From IMG/VR virus record IMGVR_UViG_3300031998_000064, positions 5,533-69,532 of that record: a stretch of 64,000 bases of DNA, one strand, 5' to 3'. The position numbers and the translations under genes are program-made. The notes beneath the pieces were generated by a model. The model did not search any database. It worked only from the letters and a program-made list of their open reading frames with translations, and was not told where the DNA came from. Of the stretch, positions 48,615 through 58,266 are shown one piece after another. Numbering within the stretch: position 1 is the stretch's first letter; every line of letters starts with the position of its first letter. The stretch is from a virus (Duplodnaviria; Caudoviricetes).

Positions 48615-51438
48615 GTGAAAGAGATTAAGGACGTAAGAATGATTGAGGAAATCAAAGGTTATGAGGCAAGTGACGGAACATTCTTTAAGAGTAAGGAAGA
48701 ATGTGAGAAGTATGAGGGAACTGCTAAGGCGGTGATAAGGCGGAATTTTAAGCGTCTTATAATTGGAGAAGAATTTCCGGAGTGTCATATATGGGAACGC
48801 TTCGGGTATGGTAGTGAGGAATTTAATTTAGCAATAATCGAAATTAAAAATGAAGATGATTTAAGAGCTGTAAATATGCTTGCTGAATTAGAGAAATGTG
48901 GATCGGTTTCACCTGATTATATTGGAAAGCGTGTATTGGTTAGCATAGGATATAATGGTGAATTTGATTGTAACCTTTGTCCTCGTACAGAAGAAGAGCT
49001 GATTAAACAGTTCAAAGAAGACATCAAAAAGTTCTTCCACCCTAAGGCAAAGGAGAGTGATAAAAATGACGAAAGCAAGATGTAAGCTTGCGGCTGAGTG
49101 TCGTGGTATTCATTGGTATGGAGAACGAAAATGGCTTAATAGTATGGTCGGATATGGATATGAGTTCTTTACACCAAACGGAACAGGGTTCAGACAGGCA
49201 AACACACTTGAAGGGAGCTATAAACAGATTATGGAGTTCCCGAAGATACGGAAAGGAGATAGAAGATGAATTACGTAACGCAGATTAATGAACATTTGTT
49301 TCTTGTTTATTCTGATATGTCAGGCATAGATTTTTACGTCTATGTCTGGACAGAATCATTGACAAACGAGGCTATGGAAATTGCAGAAGCGGAAATTGAT
49401 AAATGGGTTTCCAATGACACATATGTTGGCTTTATCGAATGTGTTAAGAACGCACTTGAGGCAAAGGGAATTGAGGCAGATTATTACGGAAAGGTGGAGT
49501 GAAGATGAATATTTATATCAATCCTCAAAGCAAAAAGAAGCAGGCATGGAACGTAAGAGTAGACGGACGGCTTTTTGAAACATCAGAAACAAAAGAACGT
49601 AGAGATGAAATTGTAGAAATCTTAAAGACTATGTATCCTAATAGCACGATTGAAGTACAGAAAACATATGTGAAAGTGAGGTAAATGTTATGGTAGTACA
49701 AGTTAGCGTAGATATTGCGGTAGCTGATGAGGATTGTAGCGGAAATGATATTGCAGAAACAGTTGCGGAAACGCTTGAGCAATTCGACTATACAATACTC
49801 GGTTCAGAATGGAGAGCAACATGGACAAATGATGGATATGCAAACGGTGAACCACCGATTTCATCAGATTAATTAAGTGAGGTGAGAGTATGACAGTAGG
49901 AGATTTAGTAACGGTTATGTGTGAATTTCCCGCAGGAACAACTGTAAAAGTAAAAGAGAAGACAGGTATGATCATTGATGTTTCTAAAAACAATGATTGT
50001 TTAGTACGGCTTACAAACGGAGATGAATGGGTTTTCTCACCTAACGATAATGAAATCCGGCTTGCAACAGATGAGGAAATCAGAAACGCACTTGTAGAGT
50101 GTTTATAAAGGAGTGTGATGCTATGACGGTAACAATACGAGAAGAAAATGTAAATGATTACAATGTTTATATTGAACAAGATAAATACTCAACTAATTAT
50201 AAAGTAGGAATAGCAAGACTTATAAATGCTTGCTATGGTAGGGTAGGACGAATAATAAATCTGCATTACTATCCTACATTAAAGCAAGCGAAACAGAGGT
50301 ATAGTTACTTAAAACAGAAAGCGAAGAGAGGAGAGTTTTAATGGATGAGCGGATTTGTCCTGTCTGTGAAAAGACAGTAGAGCGACACGATATGTTATTT
50401 ACAAGAGATTGTCACGGTATTGTATTCAGGCTTGTATGTTATGAGTGCTATGACAAGCTTATGGAAAAGGGATATGACGGTGAGTATTATACTGAGGCTG
50501 ATGAGTGTATTGAGTATGATTATTAAAATGTAGGTTTGAAGGGAGATAAAAATGGTAAATAAGGGAGACAAATATATTTTACATTCTTTGAACGGAATGG
50601 ATTATAAGGTTGAAGTTGTTAATGTTAATTATTGTAGACCTCCTGAAGTTTTTTATGCTTGTGAGCTTATTGATGGTAATGGTGTAAGTTACTACGAAAC
50701 AAAAGGCGATTGGTATTTTTGCGGTAATGATTTCTTAGAGAAATGCGAAAAGGTAAATAAAAACTAAATTTTAAGAAGGGGAAAAAATTATGGAAATCGG
50801 TGATAATATCTTATTCAAAGGAAAACCTGCATTTATAGCAGACAAATGGAATCCTCACTTGCTAAACCCTAGTATTTTCAAGGTTGGTGAGGTTGGATAT
50901 GCAATAGTAACTAAAGAAGATAGCAGAACATACATTTGTTGTAAAGAAGATGAAAAAGATATGATTTTACAATAAAATCTGACTTTTAAAGAAAGGGGGT
51001 GACAATATGATAGACATTGATGATTTTATGCAAGAGTATTATGATACAGCACCACCGCATATGTTCTCAGTAGAAGAATTTACCGAATGGAAAGAAAACA
51101 ACGGTATACAAGAATGGGATTATCCTTTAGAAGAATACAAGCATATTGCGGAAAACAATATTGAGTGTGTATCTGTTCGGTTTTTAGATAATATGGGTGG
51201 TGAAGAATACAGATGGTGTGAAATTCCGGCAGAAAAGAAATATCCGGATTATATTGTAAGAGATGTGCGTCAGAATATGGGATTGGAACCTGACGATACA
51301 TCGAGAGATTCGGAAATCTTAACAATGACACCTGCAGAAATCTTTGATAGGTGGTTGGAATGGCAAGGAATTATCGGATATAGTCACAGAATTTTGAGTG
51401 CTATTGAAGAAATCTTTGATATTAACTTGGATGAATGA
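48615..51438 (+). CDS. Cluster of about 12 small, mostly acidic ORFs (48615..49085 through 51007..51438)
   Basis: Dense same-strand ORFs with RBSs; 50341..50526 has a CxxC...CxxC motif. Confidence 0.6.
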
Positions 51439-51452
51439 AAGGAGAAAACATT

Positions 51453-51725
51453 ATGAAGCAGTTTAACAGCGAGTACGTAAGTACAAAGGAACTTGGAACA
51501 CTTAGTGACGGACGGAAGGTAGAGCTTGGTCACTACAAGGACAAGGACAGCAACAAGGAGTATGCCGAGAAGATTTATCTGACAGGCGAGTACACAACAA
51601 AGAATGGCGAGAAGAGGTCATTCGTCAATGCAACAGGGCTGACAATAAAGGATCTTGCAGAAATGCAGAAAATTGATTTGTCAAGCTTTAACACAAAAGA
51701 GTCAGCATCGGAAATGTTTGACTAA
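51453..51725 (+). CDS. Small PC4/YdbC-like ssDNA-binding protein
   Basis: KELGTLSDGRKVELGHY...GLTIKDLAEM resembles the PC4 fold. Confidence 0.4.
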   Translation: MKQFNSEYVSTKELGTLSDGRKVELGHYKDKDSNKEYAEKIYLTGEYTTKNGEKRSFVNATGLTIKDLAEMQKIDLSSFNTKESASEMFD

Positions 51726-51786
51726 TGCACACCGACACTAATGAAAGAGTTTGAAAATGTGTGTCATTTATGAAAGGAGAACGCTT

Positions 51787-52647
51787 ATGGCAAAGGTTAT
51801 CACAACAATTAAGAAGATTGCAACTTTAGGTAAAAGAGAATTGCGGTATACGGATATTGAGGGAGAAAAGAAGTATGATATCCGTGCTTGGAGCGGAGAT
51901 AAGTACGAAGAGGGTATACGTTTTTCGCAGGAAGAAATTGATCAGCTTTACAAGGGAATTAAGAGTGGCAAGGTTCCGTTTGAGATTGGTAACAAGCTGT
52001 GTGTTATTGACGGTGACAGTTATGCATTATCAGTACTGTTCAATGGTCGCACTTATGTAAGACCGTTTGCAACAAAGAAAGAAATGGAAGCATTGTTAGT
52101 TATCCTTGATACCGCAAAGGACAATCTACTTGAGTATGAGGTAAAACCTAAGACAACGAAAGTAGAAATTGAAGAAGTTGACGATGATGCGGATGATGAT
52201 ACTGCAGATGAAGAGAAAGAAGAAAAGAAATCGTATGCTAACGCATATGAAAAATTTAAGGATCAGTTTGAGAAGTATAGAAAGAGTCAGCCGGAGAATA
52301 GGCAGAAAGGTTATGAGCTGACACACAACATTATCCTTGAACACATCAAGGATGTGATTGCAATATCTGACGAGTACAACAAGAACGCTATGCAGGAATG
52401 GAAAGATTCACATAAGATGATGATGTTCTGTCAGGATAAAGCGTTTGAAAATGCTGAAGCGGTTATGAATGTAGCCACAAGGGAAGAAGCAAACGAGCTT
52501 ATGTTCCAGTTCGTTGATGAATATATCGGAGATACAAGCGATAAGCCTCAGCCTAAGTCAAAGTCAAAAGCAAAGTCACATACTGTAAAAAAGAAGGATG
52601 TTGAAATTCCTAAGGAGCTGAAGAGAAAGCTTGTAGGAAAGGGGTGA
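51787..52647 (+). CDS. PC4/YdbC-like N-terminal domains + PcfK/AcrIIA9-like C-terminal domain
   Basis: KKIATLGKRELR...KYDIRAWS...GIRFSQEE (YdbC-like), an acidic linker, and a helical C-terminus FCQDKA...EEANELMFQFVDEY; lies upstream of the PcfJ-like gene. Confidence 0.5.
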   Translation: MAKVITTIKKIATLGKRELRYTDIEGEKKYDIRAWSGDKYEEGIRFSQEEIDQLYKGIKSGKVPFEIGNKLCVIDGDSYALSVLFNGRTYVRPFATKKEMEALLVILDTAKDNLLEYEVKPKTTKVEIEEVDDDADDDTADEEKEEKKSYANAYEKFKDQFEKYRKSQPENRQKGYELTHNIILEHIKDVIAISDEYNKNAMQEWKDSHKMMMFCQDKAFENAEAVMNVATREEANELMFQFVDEYIGDTSDKPQPKSKSKAKSHTVKKKDVEIPKELKRKLVGKG

Positions 52648-52651
52648 TGTT

Positions 52652-53020
52652 ATGGTCTTCTACAAAGAGGTTCATAAATACAACGGTAAGTACTATTCCC
52701 GATATGATAACGGATATGAGTTTAAAATTGGTGAAGTATGTACAGCAAAAGGTAACTATATCTATGGCACAGATACTATAGAAAATGTACTTGACTATGG
52801 TTATGTGCCGTTTGATATGGCAATTTTGGAAATGGAAGTGATTGGTAAATATCACAAGAATGGTTATGTAATAACCACAAGAAAAGTTAAAGTGTTAAGA
52901 GAGGTGAATATCGATGAGAGATATAACATTAGCGGAAGAGAAATGGTTGCGGACAGAAGCAATGCCGAATTATTTAATCTACTCCAAGCCAAACGGAACA
53001 GTTTATTGTCAGAAATGTGA
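52652..53020 (+). CDS. Hypothetical protein
   Basis: FYK...YSRYDNGYEFKIG...AILEMEV pattern. Confidence 0.5.
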   Translation: MVFYKEVHKYNGKYYSRYDNGYEFKIGEVCTAKGNYIYGTDTIENVLDYGYVPFDMAILEMEVIGKYHKNGYVITTRKVKVLREVNIDERYNISGREMVADRSNAELFNLLQAKRNSLLSEM

Positions 53021-54452
53021 AAGCGAATATGATGCAGAACAGTTAGAAACTCGTAAGATTGGTGCGGTAATAAAGTGTCCGTGTTGTGGTAAAAAGGGCA
53101 AAGTAAAGAACGCAAAATGTACGGCTAATTGTTACGAAGACGGAACAGCAATCATCCCGGATAAAGATGATGACGATTTAATATTGAGATATTTCCGTGT
53201 TCAGCGACATTTTGAAGAAGGTTGGCGAAAGTATACGATTAGTTATCGTGAAAGCTTTAGAGAAAGATGGGATGCTAATGGACATCTTACTGTAACGGAT
53301 CGTAGATGGGAAGAAGATGAATGGAAACGGTGTAAGTTGCCGTCATATGGTTATCAAGTAAGTTGGTATACACATAGACCGTTAGGCACTCATACTAATC
53401 TGCCAAATCAAAACGTAAATATATATACAGAAAACATTACATGTTATCTCAAGGGAACGAAGCTTGAAAGAATGCCGATGTATAAGATTTTGAACGGTGT
53501 CAAGTTAACAAGTAGATATGATGTGTATTCTGTTTATTATGACGCATTCAATGGATATGTAAACTTTTTTGAGTATATCTTTAAGGTTGGTGTAGATAAT
53601 TTAGCACTTCAGTTAGTAACAAAGAATGCTTATAAGTCTATTAAACCGGAAGAAAAGTCGCTGATAAATATGTTATCGCTTACAAAGGAAAATTATAGAG
53701 AATTACTTCAGCTTGGCAATAAGGCAACTTTAAATGATCTTAATCGCCTACAGAAGTATACAGAGTTTAAGCTTGTTAATCAGCGTGATAGAGAAGTGTT
53801 TGATAAATTTCTTGCTAATGATACATATAGTGCAGAAACGTTATTAAAAATACTTCCGATGTCACTTAATAAGTTTGGACGTTGGGCAGAAACACAAGAA
53901 AAGTTTGATACACGTAGTTATATTGACTATCTAAATATGTGTAAAGAGCTGAGTTTAGATATGAAAAACACGTTTGTATCTATGCCAAAAGATATTGAGT
54001 CAGCACACAATATGGTAACAGATATGTATAACGAAATGAAGTTTGACATTAAGCTTAAGAAATATGCGGATGAAGCTAATCAGTATAAGAGTGAGTACGA
54101 AAAGATTGTTCCGATTAACATTCAGAAGTATAAATATGAGAATGATCAAATGGAAATCGTTGTGCCGAAGACAACACGTGAGATTGGACATGAGGGTTAT
54201 AAGTTAAGACATTGTGTTGCTCAATATATGGGTGATGTAGTGGCGAACAAAAAGACAATCCTGTTTGTTCGGAACAAAAGCGAACTTGATGTTCCATTCT
54301 TTACGATGGAAATTATCGGCAAGAAAATAACACAATGCAAGGGATATAGGAACTGTCCAAGACCGAAAGAGGTTGAGAAATTCCTTAAATCTTTTGCAAG
54401 AAATAAGCACTTATCAATCGCAAGGAATGAACACTTTGCAGCAGTAATGTAA
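52914..54452 (+). CDS. PcfJ-like protein
   Basis: N-terminal CQKC...CPCCG; YIDYLNMC...PKDIESAHN; EGYKLRHCVAQY...ILFVR...PFFTMEI...QCKGYRN. Confidence 0.8.
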   Translation: MRDITLAEEKWLRTEAMPNYLIYSKPNGTVYCQKCESEYDAEQLETRKIGAVIKCPCCGKKGKVKNAKCTANCYEDGTAIIPDKDDDDLILRYFRVQRHFEEGWRKYTISYRESFRERWDANGHLTVTDRRWEEDEWKRCKLPSYGYQVSWYTHRPLGTHTNLPNQNVNIYTENITCYLKGTKLERMPMYKILNGVKLTSRYDVYSVYYDAFNGYVNFFEYIFKVGVDNLALQLVTKNAYKSIKPEEKSLINMLSLTKENYRELLQLGNKATLNDLNRLQKYTEFKLVNQRDREVFDKFLANDTYSAETLLKILPMSLNKFGRWAETQEKFDTRSYIDYLNMCKELSLDMKNTFVSMPKDIESAHNMVTDMYNEMKFDIKLKKYADEANQYKSEYEKIVPINIQKYKYENDQMEIVVPKTTREIGHEGYKLRHCVAQYMGDVVANKKTILFVRNKSELDVPFFTMEIIGKKITQCKGYRNCPRPKEVEKFLKSFARNKHLSIARNEHFAAVM

Positions 54453-54467
54453 GAAAGGAGAATAATT

Positions 54468-54824
54468 ATGGGATACAGAAGTGAGGTTGCTATTAGATGT
54501 CAGAAGAATGCATATGAGAAATTTGCAAAGGCTTATAAAGGTTGTGAACCTGATAATGTTTATAGTAATGGAGATGATGATTATTTACTCTATTGGAGTT
54601 GGATAAAGTGGCACGACGATTTTCCGGAAATTCAAGCAATCAATAAGGTTATGTCTGAACTTGATCAAATATTTGATGGAAATAGCGAAGATGTTTATGA
54701 CAATCATTGGGGATACAAATTCTTGCGAATAGGTGAGGATGACTCCGATGTTGAGGATCAGACAAACTGTTATGACATTGAGTTATGGATGCGAAGAGAA
54801 ATTGACTTAAGCGATTTTGTATGA
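54468..54824 (+). CDS. Acidic hypothetical protein (MGYRSEV family)
   Basis: MGYRSEV...KWH...FLRIGEDDSDVE. Confidence 0.65.
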   Translation: MGYRSEVAIRCQKNAYEKFAKAYKGCEPDNVYSNGDDDYLLYWSWIKWHDDFPEIQAINKVMSELDQIFDGNSEDVYDNHWGYKFLRIGEDDSDVEDQTNCYDIELWMRREIDLSDFV

Positions 54825-54840
54825 GAAAGGGGGTGAAATT

Positions 54841-55029
54841 ATGAAGACAAGAAATCACAAAGAGTTCACATCGCTCCTATCAAAGAACGGTTTTATCCTT
54901 GTTAGGGTAAAGGGTAGTCATGAGATATGGAAGCGAAACGATAGGGAAACAATCGTAGTCCCTTGTCACAATGTCAACTTTATGATTCAGCATAGGTTGA
55001 TCAAAGGTTATAAGTTAAAGGAGGCGTGA
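54841..55029 (+). CDS. hicA: HicA-family mRNA interferase (orphan)
   Basis: LSKNGFILVRVKGSHEIWK...TIVVPCH (GSH catalytic motif); no HicB partner nearby. Confidence 0.8.
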   Translation: MKTRNHKEFTSLLSKNGFILVRVKGSHEIWKRNDRETIVVPCHNVNFMIQHRLIKGYKLKEA

Positions 55030-55030
55030 G

Positions 55031-55225
55031 ATGAAAGAATATACAATTGTATATGAGTTCAAAGGTAAAAAAGAAATAATGTATGTGCCTGCTCGAAATC
55101 CACAAAATGCGGTGGATAAATGTTCCGCAATATATATTTATAAAAATTTCCCAAATTGTGAACGTATTAATATCTTAACGGTTGCAGAAATTGTTGGTGG
55201 TTGGGAACAGAAAACGACACATTAA
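55031..55225 (+). CDS. Small protein, paralogue of 61070..61294
   Basis: MKEYTIVYEFKGKKEIMYVPARNPQNAV...ILTVAEIVGGW. Confidence 0.65.
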   Translation: MKEYTIVYEFKGKKEIMYVPARNPQNAVDKCSAIYIYKNFPNCERINILTVAEIVGGWEQKTTH

Positions 55226-55260
55226 ACAACACATTGAACGACACATTGAACAACACATTG
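55213..55260 (+). repeat. 4 x 12 bp tandem repeat AACRACACATTR
   Basis: aacgacacatta-aacaacacattg-aacgacacattg-aacaacacattg directly before the RBS of the DUF932 gene. Confidence 0.85.
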
Positions 55261-55275
55261 AAAGGAGAATTTATT

Positions 55276-56211
55276 ATGTCAGCTAACGTAGAAAGTATGT
55301 TTTTTGTAGGGAGAGAAAAGCCTTGGCACGGTCTTGGAAGATCAGTAGAGTCAGCACCAACAAGCGAAGATGCAATCCGGTACGCAGGATTGGATTGGAA
55401 CGTAGAACAGCATCCTATTTTCTTAGGGAACGGAATTAAGATTATGGGAAATTACGCAAATGTAAGATCGTCTGACGGTCGGGTACTCGGTATTGTTGGT
55501 GAGCGTTACAAGATAGTGCAGAACCGTGAAGCGTTTGAATTTACAGATGCACTTCTTGGTGAGGGTGTTAGATACGAAACGGCAGGATCATTAAAGGACG
55601 GCAGGACGGTTTGGTTGTTAGCAAAAATGCCCGAAAACATTGAAATCCTTGGTGATGAGATAGAACCTTATTTAGTATTTACAAGTACTCACGATGGAAG
55701 TGGAGCGGTAAGAGTAACAATGACTCCTGTTCGAGTTGTATGTAACAACACTCTTAACCTTGCACTCCGTACCGCAAAGCGTGTTTGGTCAGCAAGACAT
55801 ACGGGTTCAATACAGAATAAGTTAGACGAAGCAATGGAAACGTTAAAGTTCGCTAACAAATATATGGAAGCCACGAAGGAAACAATGGAAGAGTTGCATA
55901 AAGTAAAGTTATCAGATGTAACCTTATATAGAACTCTTCAGAACATTATTCCTATTGGAAAAGATATAACTGACAGACAGAAAGAAAACCTCAAGCGTTT
56001 ATCGGATGATATCTTATACAGATATAATAATGCTCCTGACTTAACAGTACTTGATAGAACTGGAGCAAGATTAGTTCAGGCGGTTGCTGATACAACAAGC
56101 CACATTACTCCGTTAAGACAGACGGCAAACTACAAGGAAAATCACTTCAAGAGTATGCTTGACGGAAACGATTTGCTTGACAGAACAGTAAATATATTAC
56201 TTAGTGCTTAA
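55276..56211 (+). CDS. DUF932/DUF945-family phage/plasmid protein
   Basis: MSANVESMFFVGREKPWHGLG...YETAGSL..GRTVWLLA...HDGSGA...PVRVVCNNTL. Confidence 0.85.
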   Translation: MSANVESMFFVGREKPWHGLGRSVESAPTSEDAIRYAGLDWNVEQHPIFLGNGIKIMGNYANVRSSDGRVLGIVGERYKIVQNREAFEFTDALLGEGVRYETAGSLKDGRTVWLLAKMPENIEILGDEIEPYLVFTSTHDGSGAVRVTMTPVRVVCNNTLNLALRTAKRVWSARHTGSIQNKLDEAMETLKFANKYMEATKETMEELHKVKLSDVTLYRTLQNIIPIGKDITDRQKENLKRLSDDILYRYNNAPDLTVLDRTGARLVQAVADTTSHITPLRQTANYKENHFKSMLDGNDLLDRTVNILLSA

Positions 56212-56239
56212 CAAGTTGGGGCATAAGCCCCTTCTTGTT
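56210..56239 (+). terminator. Hairpin, possible terminator
   Basis: AACAAG..GGGGC-ATAA-GCCCC..CTTGTT. Confidence 0.4.
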
Positions 56240-56253
56240 GGAAAGGAGCAGAA

Positions 56254-56493
56254 ATGACAAAGGAAGAACAGAATAAAAGATATGACGAGCTTGATGATAA
56301 GTTTAGTTCGTTGTCAGATCATGAAAAAGATTTTATAACATGGTTAGCATTAGATAGATTAATTGCTCAATATAAGACTGAAGCTGCCAAGGCGGAAAAG
56401 ACAGAATCGGATTTATATTATCAATTATATCTAAAAGATGCTTTGGAACAATTAAAAAGAGTTAGAGAAGCATTAACTTATAAGTTGTGGTGA
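56254..56493 (+). CDS. Small helical hypothetical protein
   Basis: 79 aa with RBS. Confidence 0.6.
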   Translation: MTKEEQNKRYDELDDKFSSLSDHEKDFITWLALDRLIAQYKTEAAKAEKTESDLYYQLYLKDALEQLKRVREALTYKLW

Positions 56494-56506
56494 AAGGAGA
56501 AAAAAT

Positions 56507-57163
56507 ATGGGACAGAGATCACAGATTTATGTAAGGTGGAATGAAAGAAATGGTGATATGTATTTAGTACCACGGTATTATCAATGGAATTACGGTACCC
56601 GAATGATAAGTCGAGCAAGAGGTATTATCGAGTGGCTTAAAGGTAGCGGAACATATCTTGATTGCGGAAATGAAGAAAAGTTACGCAGAATAATGGATAT
56701 CAACTTTGATTACAAGGATGTTGTTCTTGGACATGACATTATCAAGGAATGGAAAGAATATTGTAATGGTTTAGATTTTAATGATACAGTTTTCTTCGGT
56801 CAGGACAACAATGATGGTAAGCTCTTAATCGATATGCATATTGATTGGGGAGAGAACGAAGAAAAGATAACATTTAAGTATGCATTTCTTACATATGAAG
56901 ATGATTCTCCGGTTATGAACGGAGATGAATATATGCAATGGGATGAGGGCGGTTATGAAGATACCGAGTATAAAGTTTGGCGTGATAATCCGTATCTTAA
57001 AAAAGAAATTAAGTATACCGAACGAAATATTAAATGGATTGACAAACACGCAAAGCTGATGACGGCAGAAGAAGTTAAGAGATTTACAAGTTATAATTAT
57101 GCGGCTGATATGGGATTATTGATTGAGATACCATTCACGTCAACCACCCCGACCTACGGCTAA
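56507..57163 (+). CDS. Hypothetical protein (MGQRSQIY family); C-terminus altered by element insertion
   Basis: The last codons (STTPTYG*) are read from the inserted element; the reconstructed empty site gives ...EIPFTVY*. Confidence 0.75.
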   Translation: MGQRSQIYVRWNERNGDMYLVPRYYQWNYGTRMISRARGIIEWLKGSGTYLDCGNEEKLRRIMDINFDYKDVVLGHDIIKEWKEYCNGLDFNDTVFFGQDNNDGKLLIDMHIDWGENEEKITFKYAFLTYEDDSPVMNGDEYMQWDEGGYEDTEYKVWRDNPYLKKEIKYTERNIKWIDKHAKLMTAEEVKRFTSYNYAADMGLLIEIPFTSTTPTYG

Positions 57164-57481
57164 TGCCTTAGTGGTCGGAGTTTGCAAAAGCTCAGATTGA
57201 CTACTCTAAGTTCTTCAAGAACTACGTTATTTGTGTTATCACACCTATGGATGATTCCCAAGTCCGTAGCAACTGTGGAGGCTCTGTAAACAGTTCTGTT
57301 GGGTAGGAACGGTCAACCTCAAGTGACCGATTACGGCAAGCACTTATAACATTGAGGAAGGGAAACAAACTTTCATAAGAAAGGGAAGCCACTTGCGAGT
57401 AGGCTTTAAAGGTAACAATAGGAACGCCGTATAACCGTAATTCATCCTATCACCTGTAGAGGTGGGGGATTTCTTGCTCAC
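57139..57481 (+). mobile_element. Non-autonomous IS200/IS605-type (IscB-family) element: HEARO/omegaRNA plus end hairpin, iscB deleted
   Basis: Starts GTCAACCACCCC...ATTGAC. Contains CTAAG..CTACGTT, ACACC..GGATG..TCCC.AGTCC..GCAACTG, CTCTGTAAACAG, GGGTAGGAAC and AACATTGAGGAAGGGA. Ends AATTCATCC..CACCT-GTAG-AGGTGGGGGATTTCTTGC. TCACG at both junctions. Confidence 0.85.
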
Positions 57482-57489
57482 GGTATATT

Positions 57490-57519
57490 AAAGGAGATGT
57501 GTAATGCATCTCCTTTTTT
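57490..57519 (+). terminator. Intrinsic terminator (original terminator of the 56507 gene)
   Basis: AAAGGAGATG-TGTAATG-CATCTCCTTT followed by TTT. Confidence 0.75.
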
Positions 57520-57550
57520 ATTACAAAAATTTAAAAGGAGATTAAAACTT

Positions 57551-58252
57551 ATGGGAAAAGCATTTTGGAAGAAAGAAACAGTACGGAAACACGCAAAGCA
57601 GTTAAAGGCAAGGCGAGATGAGTTACTGAAGATTGTTAAAGAACTTCATGTAAAGCTTCAGCAGGGCAACGAAAAGACAGGTAAGTTATGTTGGACAATA
57701 TCACTCTTGCCGATTGTTGATTGTCCTTACTGTTCGGAATGTATGTATGAATGTTATGACTTGAGAAATGATTGTTACATAGAAACTGTCAGAAGCGACA
57801 GATGTAAGAACTCAGCAATCCATAAGGCAGATCCCGAACGCTTTTGGAATGAGGTTGATGCAGAAGTTAAAAGAAATTTTGCAACGCAGCTCCGTATCAA
57901 TGTTGGCGGTGACTTAGCTGATGATGATTTTGCTTATGTAGCAGAGCTTGGAAGACGTAACCCTAAAACGATGATCTTATTCTTCACTAAAAATTATAAA
58001 GGGATTAATGCTTTCCTTGACTCTCAAGCGTTTCCTGATAACGTAAGACCGATTATGAGTTGCTGGCAGGGAATGGAAATGGAGAATCCTCACGAACTTC
58101 CTTGTAGTCATGTTCTTTATGAGGACGGAAGAACAACGGCTCCATCTTTTGGTGGGTATTATTGCAAAGGCAACTGTACAAGGTGTGCGTTCTTTGAGGA
58201 AGGTTGTTGGAAACTAAAGAAAAATGAACACGTTATATTCCATGTACATTGA
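57551..58252 (+). CDS. gp88-like protein (radical-SAM-like, Cys-rich)
   Basis: GNEKTG...SLLPIVDCPYCSECMYECY; LRINVGGD; FFTK; CKGNCTRC...C. Confidence 0.65.
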   Translation: MGKAFWKKETVRKHAKQLKARRDELLKIVKELHVKLQQGNEKTGKLCWTISLLPIVDCPYCSECMYECYDLRNDCYIETVRSDRCKNSAIHKADPERFWNEVDAEVKRNFATQLRINVGGDLADDDFAYVAELGRRNPKTMILFFTKNYKGINAFLDSQAFPDNVRPIMSCWQGMEMENPHELPCSHVLYEDGRTTAPSFGGYYCKGNCTRCAFFEEGCWKLKKNEHVIFHVH

Positions 58253-58266
58253 AGGGTGGTGCTGAT

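Noticed and set aside
55213-55260. CRISPR-like array
   Set aside because: The 12 bp repeats are contiguous with no spacers. No CRISPR array or cas gene was seen anywhere in the window.
57497-57550. ORF-track start MCNASPF for the gp88-like gene
   Set aside because: It lies inside a terminator hairpin; the ATG at 57551 has its own AGGAG RBS.
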